From Cenarchaeum sp. (GTDB lineage Archaea > Thermoproteota > Nitrososphaeria > Nitrososphaerales > Nitrosopumilaceae), in contig OZ243037.1 of NCBI GenBank assembly GCA_965212015.1, positions 672,001 to 736,000 on the forward strand: DNA of 64,000 nucleotides. The letters are read 5' to 3'. Below are positions 47,364 to 55,662 of the stretch, one piece after another. The number at the start of each line of letters is the position of its first letter. The stretch's first letter is position 1. Both the position numbers and the translations under genes were made by a program. The notes under the pieces are model-generated. The model saw nothing but the letters and a program-made list of their open reading frames with translations. It was not told where the DNA came from and made no database searches.

Positions 47364-47459
47364 ATGGCCGCAAAACGGTGCGTATTGTGCGGGTGCGGGG
47401 ATCACCGCCTGATTGGATGCGCAAGGCATGCGGCAAAAAAATGCAGCTGCTATGCATGA
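47364..47459 (+). CDS. Putative Cys/His-rich peptide (31 aa)
   Basis: MAAKRCVLCGCGDHRLIGCARHAAKKCSCYA; ATG separated by one base from the upstream stop. Confidence 0.45.
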   Translation: MAAKRCVLCGCGDHRLIGCARHAAKKCSCYA

Positions 47460-47469
47460 ACGGTCTGCG

Positions 47470-47595
47470 TCAGCCGTGCTGCGCCTTTGCCTTGGAGCCG
47501 GACCGTGTGTGAAAGTTTATGCAGCAGGCGCACTCTTTGCTGACGCACTCCTTTTCTGAAAAGTGCCCGCATATTCCGCATTCACAGCTTGACAT
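47470..47595 (-). CDS. Cys/His-rich metal-binding peptide (41 aa)
   Basis: MSSCECGICGHFSEKECVSKECACCINFHTRSGSKAKAQHG; TTATAA at 47619-47624, about 24 nt upstream. Confidence 0.65.
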   Translation of the reverse strand: MSSCECGICGHFSEKECVSKECACCINFHTRSGSKAKAQHG

Positions 47596-47664
47596 GTGTT
47601 TGATTGCCGCCCTGTAGCTTATAACTATCGGCCTAATTTTTTGCGGTTTTTTGCTCAAAATTCG

Positions 47665-47991
47665 TCATTTTTTGGATCTTGATCTCTTTGTCTTTCTTGA
47701 GGATTCGGCGTGGTTTGAGAGCTCTTGCTCCATCTCGGCTGCCTTGCTGTCCACGACCCTGATGATCTCCTGGATGAGCCCGTCTAGGTCGCCGTCTGTG
47801 GCCTCCGGCTCTACGGCCGTGGATATCTCGCGTATGGCCGAGGATATCTCGGAGCTTACCTGCTCAAAGCCCTCAGGATCCTCGTATGCCACAGCATACA
47901 GGCTTTTGAGGTTGTTTACGTGTATTATCACTTGGTCAGTCAGCGTTATCCTGAATTTTTTGCCGTTGACCTCTATCTGCTTTGTAATCAT
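47665..47991 (-). CDS. Hypothetical protein
   Basis: 108 aa, acidic core and basic tail; TTTAAG upstream. Confidence 0.75.
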   Translation of the reverse strand: MITKQIEVNGKKFRITLTDQVIIHVNNLKSLYAVAYEDPEGFEQVSSEISSAIREISTAVEPEATDGDLDGLIQEIIRVVDSKAAEMEQELSNHAESSRKTKRSRSKK

Positions 47992-48039
47992 GTGTGCATG
48001 TTTTTGAATCCTAGTCCTTAAAACCCTTCTTACATGTTT

Positions 48040-48576
48040 TCAAAAGACTATGTAGTCCAGCGCTATGGCGTCGCTGATAAGCGACGTATGGCGGGAGCTT
48101 GCCACGTACCCGTTTTTGATGTCATCTGCCGGCACCCACCTGTTGGTGGACGTATAGTGTCTCTTTTCTGCAAGCTCTTTTTCGATCGCCTGTATGTCAA
48201 ACTCTCCCTCCTCGATCTGCTGGGATTCCAGGTGCTTTATGGTGACTAGTATCTTGTTTATCTTGGCCCGGTTGCCAAGCTTCCACACAGTGGGGGCCTT
48301 TTCGTCGGACACCTCCAGCACCTTGATCTTCATCTCTTTTCTGCCAAACGCATCCCTGCTGATTATCATCCTCTCGTCTATGAATTCGTCAAGGACGTAC
48401 TTTTTGTCAGAATAATCAGACCTGGCCTCCCTTGGCTCTAGCAGTGATTTTATCGCATCATCAATCACCGGCTTTGCACGGTCCTGCTCTTTTTCTGCGG
48501 GCCCGTCCCCGTGCTGCTGCCCGACCGGCGGATCGTATGCCGGATCCTTGTCCCGGCCTTTTTTTCTGTCATCCAT
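48040..48576 (-). CDS. Hypothetical protein
   Basis: Start trimmed to MDDRKK; 178 aa; TTTTTAG upstream. Confidence 0.75.
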   Translation of the reverse strand: MDDRKKGRDKDPAYDPPVGQQHGDGPAEKEQDRAKPVIDDAIKSLLEPREARSDYSDKKYVLDEFIDERMIISRDAFGRKEMKIKVLEVSDEKAPTVWKLGNRAKINKILVTIKHLESQQIEEGEFDIQAIEKELAEKRHYTSTNRWVPADDIKNGYVASSRHTSLISDAIALDYIVF

Positions 48577-48616
48577 GCGGTATGGTTGTACCCTAGCACT
48601 AAAAAATGATGTGGAT

Positions 48617-49174
48617 CTAGGGCAGGCGGTGGCGCGATTCGAAGGGCATTTTGTGATCCGCAAGGCCGATCTGCTGCCCTCTGCCCCCGTCGTATGCGTA
48701 TGTCTTGCCCTCGTAGGTGCAGATGCAGTCGCTGAGCTGGCGCCGGGGATCCCACACCTTGAAGAATTCCCTTAGCTGCCTGCTCCTGTACACGCCCGTG
48801 CCGATTCGCTTTTTCGAGAGGAACTTGAATGCCAGGATTATGGTGCGGAACCGGTACAGCTCAAAGGTGTCCGTCCATCTGAGGCAGCGCTCTATCTGAT
48901 CGGAGGGGACGTGCAGCGTCACGGCGGTGCCTGATTTGGCCTCTATGACAAACAGCGAATTGTCCCTTGTGCTGACTGCCAGTATGTCTGGCAGCGCCAC
49001 ACTAGGCGAGCCCAGCCGGAACGCATTCCAGCCGCTGGCCGCATTAAAGCGTTTTACGATTGTGTCCTCCCAGTGGTATCCGCGCTGCCGCCGTATCCGG
49101 GAGATCTTTTGGTTGTCCTTGTGCTTTTGGAGTGTGAGTGTTTTTGGACGCTGATGCATGGGCATTGTTGTCAT
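48617..49174 (-). CDS. Hjc-like PD-(D/E)xK Holliday junction resolvase
   Basis: RGYHWE...RLGS...PDILA...IEAKS. Confidence 0.8.
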   Translation of the reverse strand: MTTMPMHQRPKTLTLQKHKDNQKISRIRRQRGYHWEDTIVKRFNAASGWNAFRLGSPSVALPDILAVSTRDNSLFVIEAKSGTAVTLHVPSDQIERCLRWTDTFELYRFRTIILAFKFLSKKRIGTGVYRSRQLREFFKVWDPRRQLSDCICTYEGKTYAYDGGRGQQIGLADHKMPFESRHRLP

Positions 49175-49235
49175 CCGTCATGTAAAACAGTGTGGTAATT
49201 ACATAATATCCCAAAAACTCTTGACTCGCGCGCAG

Positions 49236-49547
49236 CTAGTCGTCGATCGGACCCCGTACTAGCTCAAAACGATAGCGGCCAGGCGCGCCGCCTTGCAACA
49301 GCCTTACCTGCTGGCCTATCTTGGGCGCCGGCGTCAAAAGCGAGCCCATTATTCGTACCGCCGGGCCAAACTCTGCCAGGCAGAAATATACGCCATTCTT
49401 TCTAGAGAACTCGATTATTTTTCCCGTTTTTGCGAGACTCTGCCTGCCCGTGGGGCCAAAGCACCTGCTGCAGATCTCGTTGGGCGGCCAGGTGCCGGCG
49501 CCGCATCTCAGGCAGACGCTTATCTCCGGTACGCCATCTGGTTTCAT
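49236..49547 (-). CDS. DUF35 Zn-ribbon/OB-fold protein (thiolase partner)
   Basis: CLRCG..WPP..ICSRC, GKIIEFS, IGQQV; overlaps the thiolase stop. Confidence 0.8.
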   Translation of the reverse strand: MKPDGVPEISVCLRCGAGTWPPNEICSRCFGPTGRQSLAKTGKIIEFSRKNGVYFCLAEFGPAVRIMGSLLTPAPKIGQQVRLLQGGAPGRYRFELVRGPIDD

Positions 49548-50653
49548 GATTCCAAGACCAGCACGGTGGAGGACGTTGCGGCAGCAGACATGTTGTGCAC
49601 CATGCCCGTACTGGCGTTTCGCACCTGCCTTTTTTGCGCCCCGTTTTGCAGCTGAGCTGCTATCTCGGCTGTCTGGGCTATGCCGGTGGCGCCCAGCGGA
49701 TGGCCAGAGCCGATAAGGCCCCCCCTCGGGTTTACAAAGTTCTCTTGTGTTTCATAGAGATTCCTCGAGAATGCCGCGCCTTTTCCCTTTTGCGCAAACC
49801 CCAGATCCTCCAGCGCCAGCGGCTCGCAGACGCTAAAGGCATCGTGCAGCTCTACTACGTCAATGTCTGCCGGGGTTTTTTTCGACATTTCAAGGGCGAC
49901 GTTTTTGGCCTCGACTGTGGATTCCATCCTTGCAAGATCCCCGCTTTTTGCAAACCCCGCAGACGTGGTCTTTTGGCCTATTCCCGTAATCCATACCGGC
50001 GAATCGGTAAATCCGGGTGCCGCAGCCTCAGAAGCAAGCAGTACCGCAGAGGATCCGGTGCAAGGCCTTGAGCAGTCGTAAAGGCTTAGATCATCTGTAA
50101 GCTTGCGGGAGCCGAGAACGTCTCCTATCGTGGGCGCCATCTCCGAGTATGCGTGCGGGTTGTGCCTTGCATTGCGGTGGTTTTTGGCAGGCACGCACGC
50201 CAGATCCTCGCTTGTGGCCCCGAACCTGCGCTTGTAGGATTTCGTAAAGATGGACGCCCAAAAGACCGGGTGCCGGAACTCGCCTCTTGATTCGTCCCAT
50301 TCCAGCACGTGGCCGGGGCCGTCAAACCTGTCTGCGCCTGCGACTAGCACCGTGTCTGCAAGGCCGGACGCTATGTATGACGCGCCGGAGACTATGGCAT
50401 TCGTGCCAGAGTTGCACATGCTCTCCACCGTATGGGATATTGCCGGTGAGATTCCCGCCATCTCTGAGAGAATCGCCGCCAGGTACTTTGTATTGTCGTT
50501 GGTGGAGACTAGCACGCCGCCGACGTCCTTTTGGGACAGGTTCCTTGTATTCTCAAACAAGTCCCTTACGGATTCCAAAAGCTTTTGTCCTATTGTCTGG
50601 TCCTCACGGGAGAATTTCGTGCCGCCAAAGCCGGCAACTGCCACCCTGTTCAA
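49544..50653 (-). CDS. Thiolase (SCP2-type acetyl-CoA acetyltransferase family)
   Basis: VESMCNSG, KNHRNA..NP, ELHDAF, NPRGGLIGSGHPLGATG. Confidence 0.92.
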   Translation of the reverse strand: MNRVAVAGFGGTKFSREDQTIGQKLLESVRDLFENTRNLSQKDVGGVLVSTNDNTKYLAAILSEMAGISPAISHTVESMCNSGTNAIVSGASYIASGLADTVLVAGADRFDGPGHVLEWDESRGEFRHPVFWASIFTKSYKRRFGATSEDLACVPAKNHRNARHNPHAYSEMAPTIGDVLGSRKLTDDLSLYDCSRPCTGSSAVLLASEAAAPGFTDSPVWITGIGQKTTSAGFAKSGDLARMESTVEAKNVALEMSKKTPADIDVVELHDAFSVCEPLALEDLGFAQKGKGAAFSRNLYETQENFVNPRGGLIGSGHPLGATGIAQTAEIAAQLQNGAQKRQVRNASTGMVHNMSAAATSSTVLVLES

Positions 50654-51612
50654 TTCCGATCACCTGAAAAGACCGACGTCATCAGCCTGAAGGACTCGAC
50701 GGTGTCGCCCACAGGGTTGAACTGTATGATTGGAAGATCTATTCCCGTTTCCGTGAATTTTTTTAGCCCCGCCAGGCACTCGTCGGGCGTGCCGTGTATT
50801 GCAAGGGCGTCTGCCATGGAATCGGAAACCAGCCCGGCGTCACTGGCCTTTGACTTTGCAAACTCGTCATAGATGAGCTCAGTCTCCCTTTTGAATCCGT
50901 TTTGTGCGAGAAAATCCCTGTATATCTTGCCGACTGACACGTAAAAGGCGATCGTCTCCTTTGCGCGCGCCGTCGCCTTTTCCCCGTCGTGCGACATTGC
51001 GGTGATTATCTGGCACGTGGTGTCCATGTTTTTTGCGCGCATTCTTGCCGCCGTTTTTTTCAGCTCGTCGACGGGCCTGAGATAGAATATTATCCCGTCT
51101 GCTATCTCCGATGCCAGCCCGATCATCCTTTCGTTTACTGCGGCCATGTATATCGGAATCCTGTCCCGGAACGGCCTTGTGAGCAGCGAAAATCCCCTGA
51201 GGTTGAAAAACTCCCCGCTGTGATCAATCCTGCCGCCCGAGGTCACCTTTCTTATCACCTCGACGTATTCGCGCATCCTCTCAAGCGGCCTCTGAAAGCC
51301 CACCCCGTGCAGGTTCTCCGTGATTGCAGGGCTGCTTGTGCCCAGTCCCAGAACCAGCCTGCCCTGCGAGACGGTATCGACTGTTACTGCCCCCATTCCG
51401 ATGAGTGCGGGACTCCGCGAATAGACATTGATGACAGACGAGCCGATTTTGGAGCCTACCCTCTGCGATATCGCGCCAAGCATCGAAAAGCACTCCATCC
51501 CCCACGTCTCTGGAACCCATACCGTGTCGGGATTCTTTTTTCGAAGCATGTCGGCGCATTCCAGCACCTGTCCTATGGAGAGAAGCGAGCCCAAGCTGTA
51601 CGATAGCCTCAT
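50650..51612 (-). CDS. LLM-class (probably F420-dependent) oxidoreductase
   Basis: WVPETWG, NVYSRSP, GRLVLGLG, IPIYMAA, ADG. Confidence 0.88.
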   Translation of the reverse strand: MRLSYSLGSLLSIGQVLECADMLRKKNPDTVWVPETWGMECFSMLGAISQRVGSKIGSSVINVYSRSPALIGMGAVTVDTVSQGRLVLGLGTSSPAITENLHGVGFQRPLERMREYVEVIRKVTSGGRIDHSGEFFNLRGFSLLTRPFRDRIPIYMAAVNERMIGLASEIADGIIFYLRPVDELKKTAARMRAKNMDTTCQIITAMSHDGEKATARAKETIAFYVSVGKIYRDFLAQNGFKRETELIYDEFAKSKASDAGLVSDSMADALAIHGTPDECLAGLKKFTETGIDLPIIQFNPVGDTVESFRLMTSVFSGDRN

Positions 51613-51823
51613 GGCTCTATGGGTGCGGCCATTCTAGTTTAACTGTTAGTCTCGAATTTTTTCTCTCGCCGGCACCGCTCCGGGCTCTGCCGATCCCAGT
51701 TGGGCGGGCAATGCCAGATGCGTGCGGGATTGCCCCAGAGAGAATGCGGCCAAGGCCGGCAGGGGGTTATGCGCGGCAATACGGCCGGGCCTGCCGCATG
51801 CAGGCGCCGGCGATGCGGCATGC

Positions 51824-53017
51824 CTAGTCCACAGTCAGGCTTGCCTCAATCTCTTCGGCAAGAAAGACCTTGCTTGTATGTACAATGTCTGTCTGCGTTA
51901 GTATTCCCGCATTGACTAGCGACTTTATCGCGTTTTTTGCAGTCGGATATGTGACATTAAGGAACGTTGCGGCTTTTGGCACGGTTATGTATGGATTCCC
52001 AAACAAATGTTCCATCAAAAACACCACATTACTACTGGTGTTTATGCCTTTTAGTGTCTCCGTATATTTTTTTTGTAAATCCGATAGTTTTTGTATGTTT
52101 TTTATCGCCTCGTCGGATTGTGTTATAAAAGCCCGAAGAAAGAATTTTATCCATTCGCGCCATTTGCGTTTCTGGCTTACTTCTAGCAGTCCGTTATAAT
52201 ATTCCTCCCTGTGTTTGTCAAAATATGCACTCATGTATAACAATGGTTGCGGCAACACACCCTTTTCATAAAGTATCAGTGGCAAAAGCAGCCTCCCAAT
52301 CCTTCCATTTCCATCCAAAAATGGATGTATTGCCTCAAACTGGTAATGGATGACTGCACATTGGATTAACGCAGACATTGCAGTGTGATCTGCTTGGAGA
52401 AAAGCTTCTAGATCTCTCAGTAATTCGTGCATTCTTTCGAGGGACGGCGGCGTGTAAATGATCTCCGATACGGTACCTCTTGTTTTGACAATCCAGTTTT
52501 GCCGATCACGAAATTTGCCAGGGGATTTGTCCTGGCCCCTTACCCCAGCCAAGAGTTTTTCATGCGCGTGTCGCAACAGATCAAGGCTGATTTTGTGTGC
52601 TCCCTGCTCTATCTTTTTCAACGAGTCAGATAACGCATCAACGTGGTTCAAAACCTCGACTAGTCTCAAATTATCTGCGTCCCTTCTCCCAATATTTCCA
52701 ATGGCTTCCTGTCTGTTTAAATCCTCAAGGGAGGCCAGCGTCCCCTCGATCTTTGAGCTTAAAACGGCCTCATTTTTCAGGTATGCCCTAATCAGAATAT
52801 CGGGGTTTGCAAGCTCGCCTCCCCTTCCCCTCAATTCACCCACCTTGCTTTCAGCCTGTGCTAGCAGCATGACTGTCTCATCATCATAATAGAGTATAGG
52901 CGGCAATTTTACAGGTACGAATGTTAACTGCTTCTCCCGGTTGCTCTCAAAGATGCCATTGGGTTTTGTGAATCGATTCCGATCCCAGTCACGCGCATTA
53001 TAGCGTTCTTTAACCAA
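51824..53017 (-). CDS. Fic-family protein (class II) with C-terminal HTH
   Basis: HPFLDGNGRIGR catalytic motif; SSKIEG inhibitory motif; ITVPKAATFLNVTYPTA HTH; AT-rich relative to flanks; AGGTGG RBS. Confidence 0.93.
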   Translation of the reverse strand: MVKERYNARDWDRNRFTKPNGIFESNREKQLTFVPVKLPPILYYDDETVMLLAQAESKVGELRGRGGELANPDILIRAYLKNEAVLSSKIEGTLASLEDLNRQEAIGNIGRRDADNLRLVEVLNHVDALSDSLKKIEQGAHKISLDLLRHAHEKLLAGVRGQDKSPGKFRDRQNWIVKTRGTVSEIIYTPPSLERMHELLRDLEAFLQADHTAMSALIQCAVIHYQFEAIHPFLDGNGRIGRLLLPLILYEKGVLPQPLLYMSAYFDKHREEYYNGLLEVSQKRKWREWIKFFLRAFITQSDEAIKNIQKLSDLQKKYTETLKGINTSSNVVFLMEHLFGNPYITVPKAATFLNVTYPTAKNAIKSLVNAGILTQTDIVHTSKVFLAEEIEASLTVD

Positions 53018-53027
53018 CAGACCACCT

Positions 53028-53055
53028 ATTAAACAAAAACGCCAATTTGTTTAAT
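53028..53055. promoter_or_regulatory. Palindromic operator over the predicted fic transcription start
   Basis: ATTAAACAAA-N8-TTTGTTTAAT between TATA (TTTTATAA, minus strand, 53069-53076) and RBS. Confidence 0.6.
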
Positions 53056-53503
53056 TGAGACGCTTATATTATAAAAGGATTATGTTAAATTTTAAGAGAG
53101 TCAAACCAATATGGCCATGCATGCGATATTGGGCAGATATGCGATCAGAAACATAATGCAGACCGGCCTACGCCAAAATTCGCCCCAAATCGCTAGTGGG
53201 CATGCCGGCATGTCCTGCCACACGGGGCGCCCGAGACGCACCGTATCAAAAATCACAAATCACCCATCATGGCCGGCAGAGTCGCTTGCCCCAAATGCGG
53301 CACGCCGGCCTTGGGCACTTGGCTCGCCGCCGCCTGCAGAAGAGACGGTTCCGGGCCTTTTTTCTGCCGCCGGAATTTGGCCGAGCACAAGACATGCGAC
53401 TGCCCCTCGCCAAAAGCCGATGAATGCACGGGCAAACTGTTTTAGCAATGTGTGAATTTTCATTGAGGTCATACATTATGAGATAATCCCCCGAATTCAC
53501 GCC

Positions 53504-53653
53504 ATGTCCACTGAGGCCGTGATAGAAGACGAGTCCGCAGTGCCGTCGTTTTGGATTAATGCGACAAAATACGCGCAGGCCGTGGATCGGGACGACCCGT
53601 TTGTAGAGGAGGTGGCATACATGATGGTCACGCTGCACCAGACCGGGGCATAG
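53504..53653 (+). CDS. Small hypothetical protein (49 aa)
   Basis: MSTEAVIEDESAVPSFWINATKYAQAVDRDDPFVEEVAYMMVTLHQTGA; stop abuts the convergent gene. Confidence 0.5.
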   Translation: MSTEAVIEDESAVPSFWINATKYAQAVDRDDPFVEEVAYMMVTLHQTGA

Positions 53654-53654
53654 C

Positions 53655-54323
53655 TTATTTTATGATCCCCTGCATGCCGGCGCTGCACTCCTCGATGTCC
53701 TTGTAGGAGTCGATCGAGTGCCACAGCGCACCTGCAAACCTGACTCCGTACAGCCTGTTGTCTTTTGCATATCTGGGAAATACGGTCTTTTCGAGATCGC
53801 CCTTTTTCGGGACGTCCCTTAGCATTCTTTTTGAGAGGTGGTAAATTCCGGCGTTCATAAAGGCCCCCGGCAGCTCCTTTTTTTCCAAAAAATCGGAAAT
53901 CCTGTCCCCGTCTGGCAGTACCGTGCCGTATTTCGTCCTCATGGGGATATACGCAATGGAATCTGCCGTGTCCCTCATCTTTCTTATGTCAATGTCAGTT
54001 ATTATGTCGCCGTTTATCGCAAAAAACGTCTCGTCTTTTATCTGGCCCGATATCTTTTTGATTGCGCCCCCGGTTCCAAGCGGCGTCTTTTCTATTGAAA
54101 ACGTGATTTTTACGTCGGGAAATTTCGAGTCCAGTGCGTCTATTATCTGGCCTGCCCGGTATCCGGCGCAGATGATGACGTCCCTGACGCCGAGTCTTTT
54201 CAGGTGCCTTATCTGCCACTCTATTATGGGTACGTTTCTGATGGGGATCAGCGGCTTTGGCACATAGTCCGTTACCGGCCTGAGCCGCTTTCCCCTGCCC
54301 CCCGCCAGAATGACTGCCTGCAT
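53655..54323 (-). CDS. Sugar-phosphate nucleotidyltransferase
   Basis: AVILAGGRGKRLRPVT..PKPL, PLGTGGA, NGD, FLEK, NAGIY. Confidence 0.92.
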   Translation of the reverse strand: MQAVILAGGRGKRLRPVTDYVPKPLIPIRNVPIIEWQIRHLKRLGVRDVIICAGYRAGQIIDALDSKFPDVKITFSIEKTPLGTGGAIKKISGQIKDETFFAINGDIITDIDIRKMRDTADSIAYIPMRTKYGTVLPDGDRISDFLEKKELPGAFMNAGIYHLSKRMLRDVPKKGDLEKTVFPRYAKDNRLYGVRFAGALWHSIDSYKDIEECSAGMQGIIK

Positions 54324-54403
54324 GGCATGTCCTTTACCTGTTCTGCATTCAAACTTTTCTAAATGCGGCCGGGCCGCCGTGCTGCCGCCCCGGACGGGCA
54401 CGG

Positions 54404-54919
54404 CTAGATGCCCTCAAACAGGGCTATCCCATAGTATCCGGCCAGAATCGTCCCCGTACTCCATATGCACGAGCCCAGAAACGTGTATGCGAGGAATTTC
54501 AAGGGCCTCATCTGCAGTATTCCCGCCGGTATGGAGATGATCTCCCTTAGCACCGGAACCATCCTCCCGAACAGCACCGCCTTGTCGCCGTGTCTCTCAA
54601 ACCACCCTTCTGCACGTCGCATGTTTTTGTCGCTTATTTTGGCGTATCTCATGTAGCGCAGCAAAAACACCCGCCCAAGCTTCCACGCGGCAAGGTATAT
54701 TGCAGTGGAGCCAATGGTGGCGCCGGCCCCCCCGATTATGCCCAGGGCGATGACTGCGGTAATGTCAAAGCCGTTCTGAAACGCCACGTATCCCGCCACG
54801 GGAAACACCGCCAGCGTCGGTATCGGGGGAAAGACCGTCTCTATTAGCGCGGCAAAAAACACGCCGGCAAACAGGTGCTCGCCTATCAGCTCCGTGACCC
54901 ACTGTACGAACGATTCCAT
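54404..54919 (-). CDS. DedA family membrane protein
   Basis: ETVFPPIP, WFERHG, FGRMVPVLR.ISIPAG. Confidence 0.92.
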   Translation of the reverse strand: MESFVQWVTELIGEHLFAGVFFAALIETVFPPIPTLAVFPVAGYVAFQNGFDITAVIALGIIGGAGATIGSTAIYLAAWKLGRVFLLRYMRYAKISDKNMRRAEGWFERHGDKAVLFGRMVPVLREIISIPAGILQMRPLKFLAYTFLGSCIWSTGTILAGYYGIALFEGI

Positions 54920-54924
54920 ATAGC

Positions 54925-55056
54925 TCAACTGTCGGCCCGCTCCGTCAGATAATAGTGCAGCTCGGTATAGCACTCTGTACAGTACTGCTGATCATCCGTA
55001 TGCTCGCAGTCGCGCATCTTGTCTGCATGCTGGCCGCATTTTGCACAGGTCGGCAC
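54925..55056 (-). CDS. Small zinc-finger protein (43 aa)
   Basis: MPTCAKCGQHADKMRDCEHTDDQQYCTECYTELHYYLTERADS; fits the gap between two co-oriented genes with 3- and 5-nt spacers. Confidence 0.75.
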   Translation of the reverse strand: MPTCAKCGQHADKMRDCEHTDDQQYCTECYTELHYYLTERADS

Positions 55057-55059
55057 GGG

Positions 55060-55455
55060 TCACCTCTGTAATTTTTTTATCTTTATTGCCCCCAGCGCCG
55101 TAATGACTGCGCCGATTGCAAGCGAGAATGCAACCTCGTACGTATAGTTCCTGCGGTCCTCACCGGGTGTCGAGTCAGATACCGCCACTATGGCTATGCC
55201 GCCGATTATTATCAGGATTCCGGCCACGGCAATGAGGACGCCCAGCGCCGCAGACGGCTCCTTTCTGGAAATGAAAAACGCGATAAACGGCAGTATGACT
55301 GACGGCATGCCGAGTCCGATTCCGCGCACCATGCTGTCAAATGGAAGGAACTTTGCCCCCGCCTGATCTGCTGCCACATCCGCACCATACAATGCCAAAA
55401 GCCCGACTGATATGCCTGCAAGTATCAGCGACGCCCCGAGTGCCATGACTGCCAA
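55060..55455 (-). CDS. Hypothetical four-TM membrane protein
   Basis: Four hydrophobic segments. Confidence 0.75.
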   Translation of the reverse strand: MAVMALGASLILAGISVGLLALYGADVAADQAGAKFLPFDSMVRGIGLGMPSVILPFIAFFISRKEPSAALGVLIAVAGILIIIGGIAIVAVSDSTPGEDRRNYTYEVAFSLAIGAVITALGAIKIKKLQR

Positions 55456-55662
55456 CCTTGGAATCTGATTAATAAACCATTGTCATGAAAATCAGGCCGC
55501 AGTGTTGCCGCAGGAAAAACGCCGGACGGCGGCAGTCCCGCAGGGCACCCATCCCTGCCGGCAGGCCGATTCGAAATGCAGCCGTCCGAAATTGCGGCGG
55601 GTGTTTCCGGGCAGTTTCAGACCAAAGTTAATATATTGAATTTTGGCCTGATTGATCTGTCC

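Noticed and set aside
49180-49204. ATGTAA-N13-TTACAT dyad before the resolvase
   Set aside because: 6-bp arms in AT-rich promoter DNA can easily arise by chance
53111-53455. 114-aa ORF beside fic as a possible antitoxin
   Set aside because: Composition looks non-coding and palindrome-rich, and the Fic already carries its own inhibitory motif
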